From Naegleria gruberi (taxonomy: Eukaryota): a DNA stretch of 64,000 nt. The stretch is taken from the NCBI GenBank assembly GCA_000004985.1, contig GG738865.1; one strand, 5' to 3'. The position numbers were made by a program, and so were the translations under genes. Shown piece after piece: positions 22,298 through 32,318 of this stretch (its first letter is position 1; each line of letters opens with the position of its first letter). Below the pieces are notes generated by a model. That model did not search any database. It was given only the letters and a program-made list of their open reading frames with translations, and was not told the origin of the DNA.

Positions 22298-23746
22298 CTA
22301 TATTGTCTTGATGGTGAGTTTGATGATAGGGAATGTTTGGGTGTTGAGGATATGCAAGAGCGCATCATTGTCGAATCTAACCAGTTTAAAAATTAAATCA
22401 TCCCAGTAGTGAAATGTACAAAATTGGTAGTGAGGAAGTTGTGGAAATTTGGAGCGAATTTTTGAGATTATTGTTGAGAAGTTAGATTCTTGTAGAGTGT
22501 TAGAAATGAGAACTGTTTCGTCTTGGAAAGTGGCATAAACCACAACCCTTCTATCAATAGATTGATTACTACCACTACTTGCGATTCTTGTCTGAATATT
22601 TAACTGTTCCATTGTCGGCGTGCTTGTAGAAAGAAATATCTCTTCATAATCTTTTAAAGTCCTAGATGGGATTGGAAGAGCTGTTGAGGGTGTGAAATAC
22701 GAAGTGTTTGCATTCTGAACTTCATTCTCTAAGGTGGTGACAATAGTTTCATGACGTTCATAAAAGATTGGTTTGATCGTAGAAACATCAACTGGTGCAT
22801 TACGCTTAATATCAGTTTCATTCGACAGTGGTGTTTTAGCATTTTTCTCTTCTTCTATTTTATGAATCTCTGAAGCAGTACGGTTTTTGAACAGTCTTTG
22901 ATTATTTGGCAGTTCCTTATTAATTTTTTCTTTTGAAATGGGTGTCTTTTTTGGAGAGGAGGTTTCTTGTTTCCTCTTTTTTCTGTGCTTTTTCAAAGGG
23001 CCAACAATCTGTCCAGCCAACCGTGGATCGTTGGAGGTAGCTGACCTTGTCAATTTAATTGGTGCACTACTTCTTGTTCTCCTAGTATTTGAATTTGGAT
23101 GTGAGGAATTTGACTCATCATTGTATTCACTATCAGATTCAGAATTAGAGTATAATGAAGAAGACGATGATGAATCTGACTCACTCTCTGAAGATTCATT
23201 CAATACTACCTTTGGTTTTCTTCCTCGTTTAGCCTTCACCTTCCCAATATCACTGGTTGACTCTTGTGAGAAATCAAAACTATGTTGTTTGGCTATTGCT
23301 TTGGCAACCTCCACAACTTGTGGTGTCAATTTGGCATAGAATTCTTCAATTTTCTTCAAATAATCCTTTTTAAATGCTTCCTTCTCCTCTTCAGAACCAC
23401 TAACTGATTGAAGGCTTTTTTTAATAATTGTAGTAATTTCTCTTCTAGCCTTTATCACATCTGCATTATCCTCGATCTTATTAGATATAGAACGCCACAA
23501 ATTAGAAATAAATGAATTATTCTCTAGAAGAAAGGGGGCTGGCAATCCCGAAAGGAATTTGAATAGTTTGACATATTTGCACTCACCACTCGAATGGTGG
23601 GTAAATATACAGTGAGGACATCTCATGGCAAATTTTGAGTCGTCAATTGCCCCTTTCTCTGAACTCTTTTCATTCTTCTTTTCAACAAATAAAACAGGCT
23701 GTTCCTCAGGCTGCACTTGCTTGTTCATATCGGAAATCTGCTCCAT
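22298..23746 (-). CDS. Hypothetical Ser/Lys-rich protein with possible C-terminal PB1-like (beta-grasp) domain
   Basis: 482-aa ATG ORF with acidic-Ser and basic tracts (SSESESDSSSSSS; KKHRKKRKQ). The C-terminal ~85 aa (VVVYATFQDETVL..FHYWDDLIFKLVRFDNDALLHIL) resembles PB1. Low-confidence domain call. Confidence 0.5.
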   Translation of the reverse strand: MEQISDMNKQVQPEEQPVLFVEKKNEKSSEKGAIDDSKFAMRCPHCIFTHHSSGECKYVKLFKFLSGLPAPFLLENNSFISNLWRSISNKIEDNADVIKARREITTIIKKSLQSVSGSEEEKEAFKKDYLKKIEEFYAKLTPQVVEVAKAIAKQHSFDFSQESTSDIGKVKAKRGRKPKVVLNESSESESDSSSSSSLYSNSESDSEYNDESNSSHPNSNTRRTRSSAPIKLTRSATSNDPRLAGQIVGPLKKHRKKRKQETSSPKKTPISKEKINKELPNNQRLFKNRTASEIHKIEEEKNAKTPLSNETDIKRNAPVDVSTIKPIFYERHETIVTTLENEVQNANTSYFTPSTALPIPSRTLKDYEEIFLSTSTPTMEQLNIQTRIASSGSNQSIDRRVVVYATFQDETVLISNTLQESNFSTIISKIRSKFPQLPHYQFCTFHYWDDLIFKLVRFDNDALLHILNTQTFPIIKLTIKTI

Positions 23747-23994
23747 TCTTCTTTAAACAGATTCTGTAAAATCAATTTATATTTAATAATTTAATAAATT
23801 AAAAAAGGGGTAGAAATTAATAATGGGTTGATGGGTTGTCACTGATAAAAAGCCTTGTTCATCAGTGTTTGCTATTATTTTTTTAAAACAAGGCTTGATT
23901 GATTTGGGGATTTGTCTTTTTAGTGACAACTCTAGCCGCACAGAAGTAATGAAGCTTTCAATGAAAATGGTCTTTATTTGTACAATGTGGTATT

Positions 23995-25434
23995 TTACAA
24001 CATTTTTATAATTACATCAATATACAATGTGTTATCTACAAGGAATCCACTCTGGGGGTCATTTAATCTTTCTAGAGCGAGTAATTGTTGCCTACCTAAA
24101 CTGGCACTATCTTTTTGAAAGTGTTCATTGAAACATTCGTGTTCTACTGATAGATTTTGCATGTCTTTCTGGTTGACCACTCTGAGGGTAAAGTCACAAT
24201 AGGCACTCGATTGATTATTATTCTCAATGACCAGACTCAAAAATACACTTATATGAGTATTGAATGAATCTCCCAAAGGATAGAGAACTACTTTCCATGT
24301 ATGTCCACCAATTTGAATTAATGGAGAGCTAACATGTTTCTTACTAATTTTAGAATAGTTTGGAATTCTCCAACGATAGTGGGCATGAGCATTTTGTTTG
24401 AATACTTGAACTACATAAATTCCCTTTCTATTTGGATTAATTCTTCCTTCATCTCCTCTCAATACTGCTCTCCTATTCTTGACAAAACTTGTTTCATTGG
24501 TACTATAATATTTGTAAGCCTCAAAAAGTAATTCGTGAGGAACAATATCCAAAGGTTCCACAGAATTCAATAAATATTCAGGTTTAATGAGTGGGAATCT
24601 GATAAAGTCGACTACATTCTTAATGATATCTCTCACAGATAATGTAGAATCTTTTCGGTCAATCCTGATCATACCCCAAGAAACTACCTTTTCTATTTCA
24701 AATTGTTAACAATTAATGATTATAAAGAACTTACCAAATAAATATTCTTCCTTTAAATTTAAATAATCCGATTGAAGAACTTCAATTAATGAATCCTCAG
24801 AAAGTAGAGTGAGGAAAGTATCATTTTCAAAACATTCATCCACATGATCTAATGCCACACTGTAAATAATTATTACTAAATATAATAAAATTACCTTCAA
24901 TAAATCTCAAACATAATTTCTTTAAAAGAGGTAATTCAAGCTCTCCTGCTGCATCAATCAGAGGTACAACATTTGCAGCTGAAATTTGTACTTTTCCACA
25001 ATAAATAAATCTCAAAACTTCCTTGAACACTATTTCCAAATTAATTTTAAAGATTAAAAACCATAAAACCCACCATTTGGAAGAACATTTGGCTTCTTGA
25101 TTGGATTTTCTTCAGAACTGTTACTCTCACGAAATCCGAGAGTGAACATGTTACGAAAATATGGACAACGAGCAGCTAGGACACATTTGTGTGCTGATAT
25201 TAATTCCTGATCATGATGTTCAGATCCAACAAGAAAGAAAACATCTCTGAAATGTTCCATCTGATATAATTGTTCAAAATCCGTACTCAATGTACTAGTA
25301 TCTTGTAAATCAGTTCCGACTAATCCAAAAATTTGATCACCATAATTTTGACTAATATTCAAATCGGAATCATCAAGATTTGGAGTCTCCACACCATTAG
25401 GTTCATCAACAGCTGATCCTAGTTGATGAACCAT
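23995..25434 (-). CDS. BTB/POZ - BACK - MATH(TRAF) domain protein (probable cullin-3 substrate adaptor)
   Basis: Four exons: 25074..25434, 24895..25029, 24735..24848, 23995..24692. Introns are 44, 46 and 42 nt, all phase 1. BTB: FRDVFFLVGSEHHDQELISAHKCVLAARCPYFRNMF..VFKEVLRFIYCGKV. BACK-like: LSEDSLIEVLQSDYLNLKEEYLFEKVVSW. MATH: YRWRIPNYSKI..GGHTWKVVLYPLGD..ISVFLSL..GFLVDNTLYIDV. Confidence 0.8.
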
Positions 25435-25602
25435 TTTTTTCTATTTAAAAATAAATTGTTTAATATTAATAAATAATATTTTAAACAATGTTGTAAAACT
25501 CCCAATCCATCGTATTCATATAATTAATGAATTTATCAATAGGATACCTGTTAAGGATGAATATTAAAAATTGTTTTTGTTAACATTTGTATGATGATCA
25601 CG

Positions 25603-25614
25603 TTGGCGCCAAAA
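25603..25614. promoter_or_regulatory. E2F-like element TTGGCGCCAAAA
   Basis: TTTGGCGC on the minus strand (core 25606..25613). It sits in the 246-nt divergent spacer between the BTB-MATH gene (ATG 25434, minus) and gene 25681 (plus). Confidence 0.4.
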
Positions 25615-25680
25615 CCATGTACAATTCCTACATCATCTTTTTCACCTCAAAGCCTCATCATACAACAATAAAAGAAAAAA

Positions 25681-26793
25681 ATGTCTACAAAAGGTGAATC
25701 GACCCGTTTGAAACCAAAGAATGCACCTCTCATTGAGGAAATTAGTGATGATGAAGAAGAAGTCACAATTGAAGAAGAAAAACCAAAGATTTCAAAGAGA
25801 CAAGAAAAGAGGGAGAGAAAGGCTTCAAGAATGATGGATCCTGCTGCTACTGAAGACAATGATTCCGAAGAATTAAAAGCCCTCAAAAGAGAAGTTCTCA
25901 AAAAAGCATTCAGCACATTTAAAGAGACTGAGGAAAAGAAACAAACAAACAAGTCAGCAATTGCCTACAACTTTATTGTCTTTGTTTTCATTGTCTCAGT
26001 GCTATCCTTATTTATTTTTCAAGCATTTATCATGAAGATTGCACCAACAGATGTAATTACTCCAAAAGAAACTCAGGAATTATTCTCTGGCAACAGCTCA
26101 ATCAAGGCCTTTAATATTCTATTAGGTATGGCATACTCTCCTAGACTTACTCTCCTCTATTTGGCTGTCACTGATAGACAAGTTATTGTGGATCTTTTTG
26201 ACAAGTCTGGATTAGTTTTTGGAAAGGACAAGAACAGCTATCTTGATTTGAGTCTTAAGGTGATGGGGTGTGCCATCTCTCCACGTTTATTCTTCATTTT
26301 ACAGAGTGCCAACGTGTTGATTGATAGACATTATGATCTTGTTGAGAGTGGAACAGTTTTTTCTGTAATTTCAGAACAACTTCAAGACTTTGGAGGTCTC
26401 TACTCTTTGGTTACTGACTCCTTCTGGAAGAATGACAAGACATTTGAGACTCTCTTCTTTTCATTCTCAATTTTCTGTCAAGTAGTATTTTTAATCTTTG
26501 ACTTTGCTTCGAGAATTGGATTTTTCAAGAGAGGAGTTAAATTCTTAATCATGCTTCTCCTTTGGGTTGTATTGAACTCTTACTTTATCCCTCCAATGAT
26601 TTTGTCTTACATGTTCAAGATTACCTATTTCATTCAGCCTGGATTAACTTTGATCATGTACTTGACTGAAAGTTTGGAAATCAAATACGAAAAGCAATTA
26701 CTCGATTCTCAAGAAAGAGAACAAAGAGAAGCCTTCTTAAAGGATGCTCGTGAAACTTTGAAAAAGGCTCAACAATCCAAAAAGCAAGAATAA
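25681..26793 (+). CDS. Hypothetical multi-pass membrane protein with acidic/basic N-terminal tail
   Basis: 370-aa ATG ORF with several hydrophobic segments and a C-terminal charged coil. No family recognised. Confidence 0.6.
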   Translation: MSTKGESTRLKPKNAPLIEEISDDEEEVTIEEEKPKISKRQEKRERKASRMMDPAATEDNDSEELKALKREVLKKAFSTFKETEEKKQTNKSAIAYNFIVFVFIVSVLSLFIFQAFIMKIAPTDVITPKETQELFSGNSSIKAFNILLGMAYSPRLTLLYLAVTDRQVIVDLFDKSGLVFGKDKNSYLDLSLKVMGCAISPRLFFILQSANVLIDRHYDLVESGTVFSVISEQLQDFGGLYSLVTDSFWKNDKTFETLFFSFSIFCQVVFLIFDFASRIGFFKRGVKFLIMLLLWVVLNSYFIPPMILSYMFKITYFIQPGLTLIMYLTESLEIKYEKQLLDSQEREQREAFLKDARETLKKAQQSKKQE

Positions 26794-26941
26794 AGGTTCA
26801 AATATTTATTATTTTTTAAAAGTACCTCCAACTTTCACAATATCATAGGTGCTTACTGTCAAGGGTAAGTATTTCAATATGAATCATCAACCCTGTTACA
26901 AAACTCTTAAGAATATTTATTAATAAAAATTCAAATAAAAA

Positions 26942-27502
26942 ATGCAAGAACAATTCACCACACGACCAATCTATCAAAAACTGATAACGGAAGTTTATGA
27001 AGATAGGTTGAGACAATTAATAGAAGAAAGAGATACCCTTTCGGAAAAGTTTTTAAAGTTGTATGTGCTTGTTTAAATATGTATTGTGTAGGAATTTAAT
27101 TCATGATCAATAGTCAGGAATTAGCTGTGCAATTACAAACAATTAGTAGTAAGAAGGAATTTAATACTCTGGTGGATGTCGGAAGTAATTTCTATGTTCA
27201 AGGACATGTGTAAGTGTAAAGATGATGAAATTAAGTTGATTTATATAATTTTGGGGATAAATGATTGTTGAACGCTTTAAATTGGTTAATTTATGGATTG
27301 GATAAACAGACCAAGTACGGAAATTGTTTATTTAAATATTGGATTAGACTTCTTATCGGAATTCAAGCTAGCAGATGCTATCAACTTTGTAAATAATCAA
27401 ATCAAAATTTTGGACGACATGATTGAAGATAAAAAGCAAAGAGCCATAATTTTGGAACAAAACATTCATCTTGCATTGACTAATAATGGATTTGAAAAGT
27501 AA
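26942..27502 (+). CDS. UXT: UXT (prefoldin-like, alpha-class) protein
   Basis: This gene is not assembled in the ORF track. Exons 26942..27060, 27114..27209, 27310..27502 (introns of 53 and 100 nt, GTATGT and GTAAGT donors, phases 2 and 2). The spliced product of about 135 aa contains TLVDVGSNFYVQGHVPSTEIVYLNIGLDFLSEFKLADAINFVNNQIKIL, which aligns with human UXT ([40 protein letters not shown]). Confidence 0.8.
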
Positions 27503-27521
27503 ATTTATTTTGGCTAGTTCC

Positions 27522-30500
27522 TCACTCGACCAAATCATCAATTACTTTTTCATTCTTTTCAACAAATCCTGGAATGCTCTTTTCACCAATACCAATTTTG
27601 GTGAGCTCGTTAATGGATTTGAATGGTCTGTGTTCGATAATCTTTTCAGCCTTTTTATCACCAATAGTGACAAGCCTCTTCAATTCTTTAACTTCATTTG
27701 ATTCATCATTGATATATTCCAATATCTTTTCAGCAGTTGAGCTACTCTTTAAAGATGCTGGTTTGGATTTTGTTGCTGTCTTTTTCTTTGGTTTCTCCTC
27801 TTCTTCATCTTCATCGACCATCTTGTCGTTGTTAACTTGTTTCTCCTCTTCTTCATCTTTGTAAAGTGCCTTGGTTCTTTCTTCATTCTTGATTCTTCTC
27901 TTCAACTTTTCAACCTTTCGTTGGAGTTTTTCATTTGTTGGGAGAAGAGCAAGAGCCTTTTCCAAGAGTTCCAAAGAACCTCTCTCATTACCTTCCTTCT
28001 TTAAAATGGCTGCTTCCTTAATGTGATTTCTTGCAAGAGCCAGTTTGTCCTCTTTCGTCAACATTCTTCCAGAATCCAATGTCAAATCCATGGACTTGTT
28101 AATGGCAAAAGTGCTAATCTCCAGAAGAGCTGCATTATCGAAGAATACTGCACCAGCTTCCTGCTTTGGTTTCTTTCCTCTTCTGACGGCCTTTGGCACA
28201 AAACTATTCTTTTTCTCCTCTTCTTCCACTTGCTCTTCTTGTTCATTTTCAGAATCAGAATCTTCTGCTGAAGATCTCTTTCTTTTTGGAGCAGTATTCT
28301 TCTTGGTAGCTTGTCTTGTCTTTGGCTTTTCCTTTACAGGAGAAGGTACATTGGTCTTGGTGTAAATGATGGATTCTTCGATTTTAGGATCAAAGATAAT
28401 TCCTTCCAATGGTTGTACTGGTTGTATTTTAACAGGTTTAGGAAGTGTAGTCTCTGTTGTGATCTTTTCAAGTAATGGTGAAGGAGTAATAATGATTGGT
28501 TGAACTGCAGTTGATGTCGACAATTCGTTATTCTTCTTTTCGAATAAATCATCTGTTGTAACATTCTCCAAACCTCCCAATATAGTGTGGAAATCATCAA
28601 CAGGGAAGAGTGTAATATCCTTCTCCTTGATTGGGGAAATTGCTGAAAGATCCAACTCTGGAAGGGTTGACTTAGTTGACGAACCTGGCTTAGTAATACC
28701 TCTTGATTGCAAGCTCTTTAACCTTTGATTTCTTGTTGGAGTTTTGTTATTTACATGATTAGGTTTTTGATTAGATAAATTAGTTTTTGGTTTTTGATCT
28801 GACAATGTTTGAGGTGATGGTACTTTTCTTTGTGCACTCAGGTTTAAGGTTGACTTGGTGTTTATCTTAGAGAGTGAGGTTGTCTTAGATGCAGCTAGTG
28901 ATGGTGTATTGTTGCTAGGTGTGGAAGGAACTTGATTTTCCTTTCCTAATTGCTTGTTGGCAAATGATGGTGTCGAATTCATAGTGTTGGTATTAAGAGT
29001 AGAGAGTGGAGCTCTGTTGGACGATGTTGCTTTGAAAGTCTTAGCCAAAGGTGTAGTGGTAGTAGATACAGATATCACTTTGCTCATTACAATCTCTGGT
29101 GTTCTTGAGTCCTTCTTGTTTGAGGACTTTGGAGCTTGGAATGAAGAGGTTGTTGGTTTAGGAGTAGTTGTTGATTGCTTTTGGAAGAGAGGTGGAGTTG
29201 GGAGCGAATTCATTGTCTTGACACTCATTGGGGTAGAGGAGCTCTTCTTTGTGGAAGTGAGTGGAGTTGAACCAACACTCTTAGCAGAGCTAGGAGTTGA
29301 GCTAGTTGATTTGGATGGAGTAATCTCGTCTAAATCATTTAACATGGCACTCAATTTTCTCTTCATGTCCATAAAATCTGAACCATCAGAACTGACCATT
29401 GTATTAGATGAAGTATTCGAAGCTCCTGTAAGTGCCAAATGTTCCAACTTGGCCAATCTATCCAAAATCTCATCTTGCAACGAAATACTCCTCTTCAAAA
29501 TTGGATTCAAAATGCCTTGTTTCAAATCTTCTTGTGCCTTCTCCAAGTCTTCTTTTGTTGCAAAATTGTTTGGAGCTAAAAGCATCATTTGGTTAATATA
29601 ATCAGCTCCAGACAGAGATTTAGATGTGGAGGTGACTCCAATCTTCTTTTGCGACATTAATTTTTCCTTTTCCAATTGCAAAAGTTTCAATTGTGTATCC
29701 TTATCAGCTCCATATCCTATGTTTGCCATATTTTCCAAGGCTTTTCTTTCTTCCTCATTTTCAAAGTAGCTGGCATTTATCACAGGCTTATTTACAATGG
29801 ATTGTGATTTCATACCAAATCTCAGGGATTTGTGAGTATCTACATAGTGTTCAGTAAATGGAGAAACATTGACAACCATGATTGCTTGAGAAGATCCACC
29901 GAGAGAATCTTGTAACAATCGTGTAAGTTTGCTGTCACGATACGAAACCTTTTGATTCTTGGAATTTAATTGATCTACAACCTTTCTCAAGCTGAATAAG
30001 GATGTATTGATACTACTCGATTCTGCCAACCTAGCACCAGTATTACCAGTCTTTCTATTATCTTCAGAACCAGCCAAATCTATTAAATTAATCTTACCAG
30101 TGAGCCATTGACCTGATCTAGGATCCTTATTTTTCACAGTAAGTGTTAAAATAGCATGAGATCGAGAAGATTGCACGTTGAGTTTCGTTGAGGCAACCTT
30201 CCTATTCTTCATACCCACTTGATAAAATTCCTCACAAAATCCATCATAGGACGTTATTGATTTGATAGTTAGTCCCTTAACAATAATATTCTTACTCTTA
30301 TCTTCATGGAGAGGTAAATCCTTTCCAAGAGATGTGGTTGAATCTTTCGAAGAAACCAACAAGTCAAAGACCTTCTCGTTATAAATCTCCAAGTAGGAAA
30401 CAGATAATTTACAGAGTGGAGCAGAACTATCTGGGCCCTTTCTCCTTTCCACTTCAAATAATAATTGTTGTACTGTTCGAGGAATAAGGCCCATATTTTC

Positions 30501-30977
30501 CAAAGTTTCACCACCCTGCATGGTGTGAGTTTTACCACTTCCAGTCATACCATAGCAAAACACTGTTGTATTAAAACCATCAAAGAGAGTGTCCACTATT
30601 GGTATTATTTCGTTTTGGAAGATTTCATCTTGTGTGGAGGATTCATCATAGGTGGCATCGAATTCAAAACGAATTTCATCGCCAGGATTTCTTGGATCCT
30701 TCATGTACACTATATTGTTCAATGATTGTTGTTGTTGTTGTTCTGATTTGCCAACACGACATGTTTGAAAGCCTGATTTTTCAACTTCACTGGGCAGAAG
30801 AGGTCGGATACGAGAGGCAACTCTTACCTTTCTTCCACCTGTTGTTGATGTGTTATTATTACTAGTAGTGGTGGTGCTGTTGTTGGATATTGATAAACTT
30901 AATGATGGCGAATCGTTGTGTACCATAAAATTTGCCGAGCAACCACGAGGACTCTTTGCAATGCACTGTGTTGACAT
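27522..30977 (-). CDS. KIF22: Kinesin-10 chromokinesin (KIF22/Kid-like) with C-terminal helix-hairpin-helix
   Basis: Motor motifs FCYGMTGSGKTHTM, SSRSHAIL and LIDLAGSEDNRKTGNTGARLAESSSINTSLFSLRKVVDQL..YRDSKLTRLLQDSLGG, close to human KIF22. A long Ser/Thr/Pro-rich linker follows, then a TPR-like helix pair. The C-terminal LKRLVTIGDKKAEKIIEHRPFKSINELTKIGIGEKS is an HhH like that of Kid. The track start at 31001 is TTG; the first ATG is at 30975..30977. Confidence 0.88.
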   Translation of the reverse strand: MSTQCIAKSPRGCSANFMVHNDSPSLSLSISNNSTTTTSNNNTSTTGGRKVRVASRIRPLLPSEVEKSGFQTCRVGKSEQQQQQSLNNIVYMKDPRNPGDEIRFEFDATYDESSTQDEIFQNEIIPIVDTLFDGFNTTVFCYGMTGSGKTHTMQGGETLENMGLIPRTVQQLLFEVERRKGPDSSAPLCKLSVSYLEIYNEKVFDLLVSSKDSTTSLGKDLPLHEDKSKNIIVKGLTIKSITSYDGFCEEFYQVGMKNRKVASTKLNVQSSRSHAILTLTVKNKDPRSGQWLTGKINLIDLAGSEDNRKTGNTGARLAESSSINTSLFSLRKVVDQLNSKNQKVSYRDSKLTRLLQDSLGGSSQAIMVVNVSPFTEHYVDTHKSLRFGMKSQSIVNKPVINASYFENEEERKALENMANIGYGADKDTQLKLLQLEKEKLMSQKKIGVTSTSKSLSGADYINQMMLLAPNNFATKEDLEKAQEDLKQGILNPILKRSISLQDEILDRLAKLEHLALTGASNTSSNTMVSSDGSDFMDMKRKLSAMLNDLDEITPSKSTSSTPSSAKSVGSTPLTSTKKSSSTPMSVKTMNSLPTPPLFQKQSTTTPKPTTSSFQAPKSSNKKDSRTPEIVMSKVISVSTTTTPLAKTFKATSSNRAPLSTLNTNTMNSTPSFANKQLGKENQVPSTPSNNTPSLAASKTTSLSKINTKSTLNLSAQRKVPSPQTLSDQKPKTNLSNQKPNHVNNKTPTRNQRLKSLQSRGITKPGSSTKSTLPELDLSAISPIKEKDITLFPVDDFHTILGGLENVTTDDLFEKKNNELSTSTAVQPIIITPSPLLEKITTETTLPKPVKIQPVQPLEGIIFDPKIEESIIYTKTNVPSPVKEKPKTRQATKKNTAPKRKRSSAEDSDSENEQEEQVEEEEKKNSFVPKAVRRGKKPKQEAGAVFFDNAALLEISTFAINKSMDLTLDSGRMLTKEDKLALARNHIKEAAILKKEGNERGSLELLEKALALLPTNEKLQRKVEKLKRRIKNEERTKALYKDEEEEKQVNNDKMVDEDEEEEKPKKKTATKSKPASLKSSSTAEKILEYINDESNEVKELKRLVTIGDKKAEKIIEHRPFKSINELTKIGIGEKSIPGFVEKNEKVIDDLVE

Positions 30978-31017
30978 TTTTTTGGTTCTTATTTTCTTCA
31001 ACGGTTTGTGTTTTGAA

Positions 31018-31030
31018 TTTTTGGCGGGAA
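31018..31030. promoter_or_regulatory. E2F-like element TTTTTGGCGGGAA
   Basis: Matches the canonical TTTGGCGGGAA. About 45 nt upstream of the KIF22 ATG (minus-strand gene). Confidence 0.5.
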
Positions 31031-31461
31031 GAAGTTGAACGAATGAATTGGGTTTATTGCAAAATCAAGGCTAGCTTGGTGTAGTTCCATGTCATCAGCT
31101 TGGGAATTAAATGCTCTAATTACTCCTCATTTAGGATTGATTCCTCTTGCATGTTAAATCAAGGTGAGCCAAATATTCAAGATTCTTTGCTGAGAAGATA
31201 GAGGTTGAGTGTACCAAAGTTTTTATTTTGGTGGTTCCATCCAGACAATACCACGTCTACATTTAAAATGTAACGGCTAGTTTGTTTGATATCATAATGA
31301 TTGAAGAATAATATCAACACCTATATAATATGTTCTTCTTTACCATCACCTTCATCTAATTACGAATTCTGCTCAGTACACAACTTCTTGATGTGATTGA
31401 AACCTAATATTTGTGCTCAATCCTTGTGGTTCCATTTACATCTTGTATCTATTTTCAAACC

Positions 31462-31474
31462 GACGCGCCAAAAT
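31462..31474. promoter_or_regulatory. E2F-like element GACGCGCCAAAAT (TTTGGCGC on the minus strand)
   Basis: Core at 31465..31472, about 120 nt upstream of the H2B ATG. Confidence 0.45.
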
Positions 31475-31593
31475 TTCGATCCTCTTCCAAGTTTACAAAA
31501 AACTGTTATTCATTTTACTCAGAAAAAATAAATTCAACCTTCGTCACAGTCAGCAACAACCAAATCAACAAAGAAAAAAACAACAACATCAAA

Positions 31594-32085
31594 ATGCCAG
31601 CTAAGACTAAGAAATCCACTGAAAGCAAGGATAAGACCAAGGAAACCAAGAAGGACAAGGTTACCAAGAAGACTACAAAGGCTTCCGGTGATGGTGAAGA
31701 AGGTGAAAAGGACGACAAGAAGAAGAAGTCTAGACATGAATCCTACTCTTCATATATCTACAAGGTCTTGAGACAAGTCCACTCTGATATTGGTATTTCC
31801 ACCAAGGCTATGTCTATCATGAACTCTTTCATCCAAGATATCTTTGAAAGAATTGCCAATGAAGCTGCTCAATTGTGTAGAGTCAATGGTACTAAGACTT
31901 TGTCTTCTCGTGAAATCCAAACTGCTGTCAGATTGATCCTTCCAGGTGAATTGGCTAAGCACGCTGTTTCTGAAGGTACCAAGGCTGTTACCAAGTATCA
32001 AACTTCATCAGGAAAGACTGCTCCAAAGAAGAGAGAGAAGAAGGAAAAGAAGGAAAAGTCTGAAAAGGCTACTGAAAGCAAGTAA
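31594..32085 (+). CDS. H2B: Histone H2B with Lys-rich C-terminal extension
   Basis: The true ATG is at 31594 (aaaATGccagct); the upstream part of track ORF 31411 has no ATG support. Histone fold [85 protein letters not shown], followed by about 24 extra residues. Confidence 0.93.
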   Translation: MPAKTKKSTESKDKTKETKKDKVTKKTTKASGDGEEGEKDDKKKKSRHESYSSYIYKVLRQVHSDIGISTKAMSIMNSFIQDIFERIANEAAQLCRVNGTKTLSSREIQTAVRLILPGELAKHAVSEGTKAVTKYQTSSGKTAPKKREKKEKKEKSEKATESK

Positions 32086-32318
32086 ATTGCTATTGGTAAA
32101 ATCCATCAATACACACAAAAACAACCCTAGGCAACTGTACAAATTAACTTATATAAACATACAAAATTCTTAAATATTTATTGTTTAATATTTCGCTAAG
32201 CTTACAAGTATCGGAAATGTTTTAAAATCATAAAAAATAACTTCACTACTGTTGGAAGCTAATGTGATTGATAACACTTAGTATGAAGTTAATTTCTGAG
32301 GAATCATCATTATGTTTA

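Noticed and set aside
24876-24894. A 19-nt GT..AG interval (gtaattttattatatttag) that also restores the BTB-gene frame.
   Set aside because: It is far shorter than any other intron in the window (minimum 38 nt). The 46-nt intron using the same donor gives an equally good frame and a better BTB-to-BACK junction.
27574-29601. Several + strand ORFs (27574..27864, 28023..28365, 28954..29601, and others up to 31038) rich in Ser/Leu/Phe/Val.
   Set aside because: They lie antisense to the well-supported 1151-codon KIF22 gene. They are low-complexity mirror images of its Ser/Thr/Glu/Lys-rich linker and have no independent support.
31411-31593. N-terminal extensions in the ORF track: H2B from 31411, KIF22 to 31001, F-box to 44826, paralogue C to 49124, ENT to 8600, gene 1771 to 2811.
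   Set aside because: The extended starts are TTG or GTG codons, or lack an ATG. In a eukaryotic gene the first ATG with the local A-rich context is the appropriate start. For H2B the extension would add a non-histone hydrophobic leader.
32086-32200. A search for the replication-dependent histone 3' stem-loop after the H2B stop.
   Set aside because: No GGCYCTTTTCAGRGCC-like hairpin is present, so I annotated no such element.
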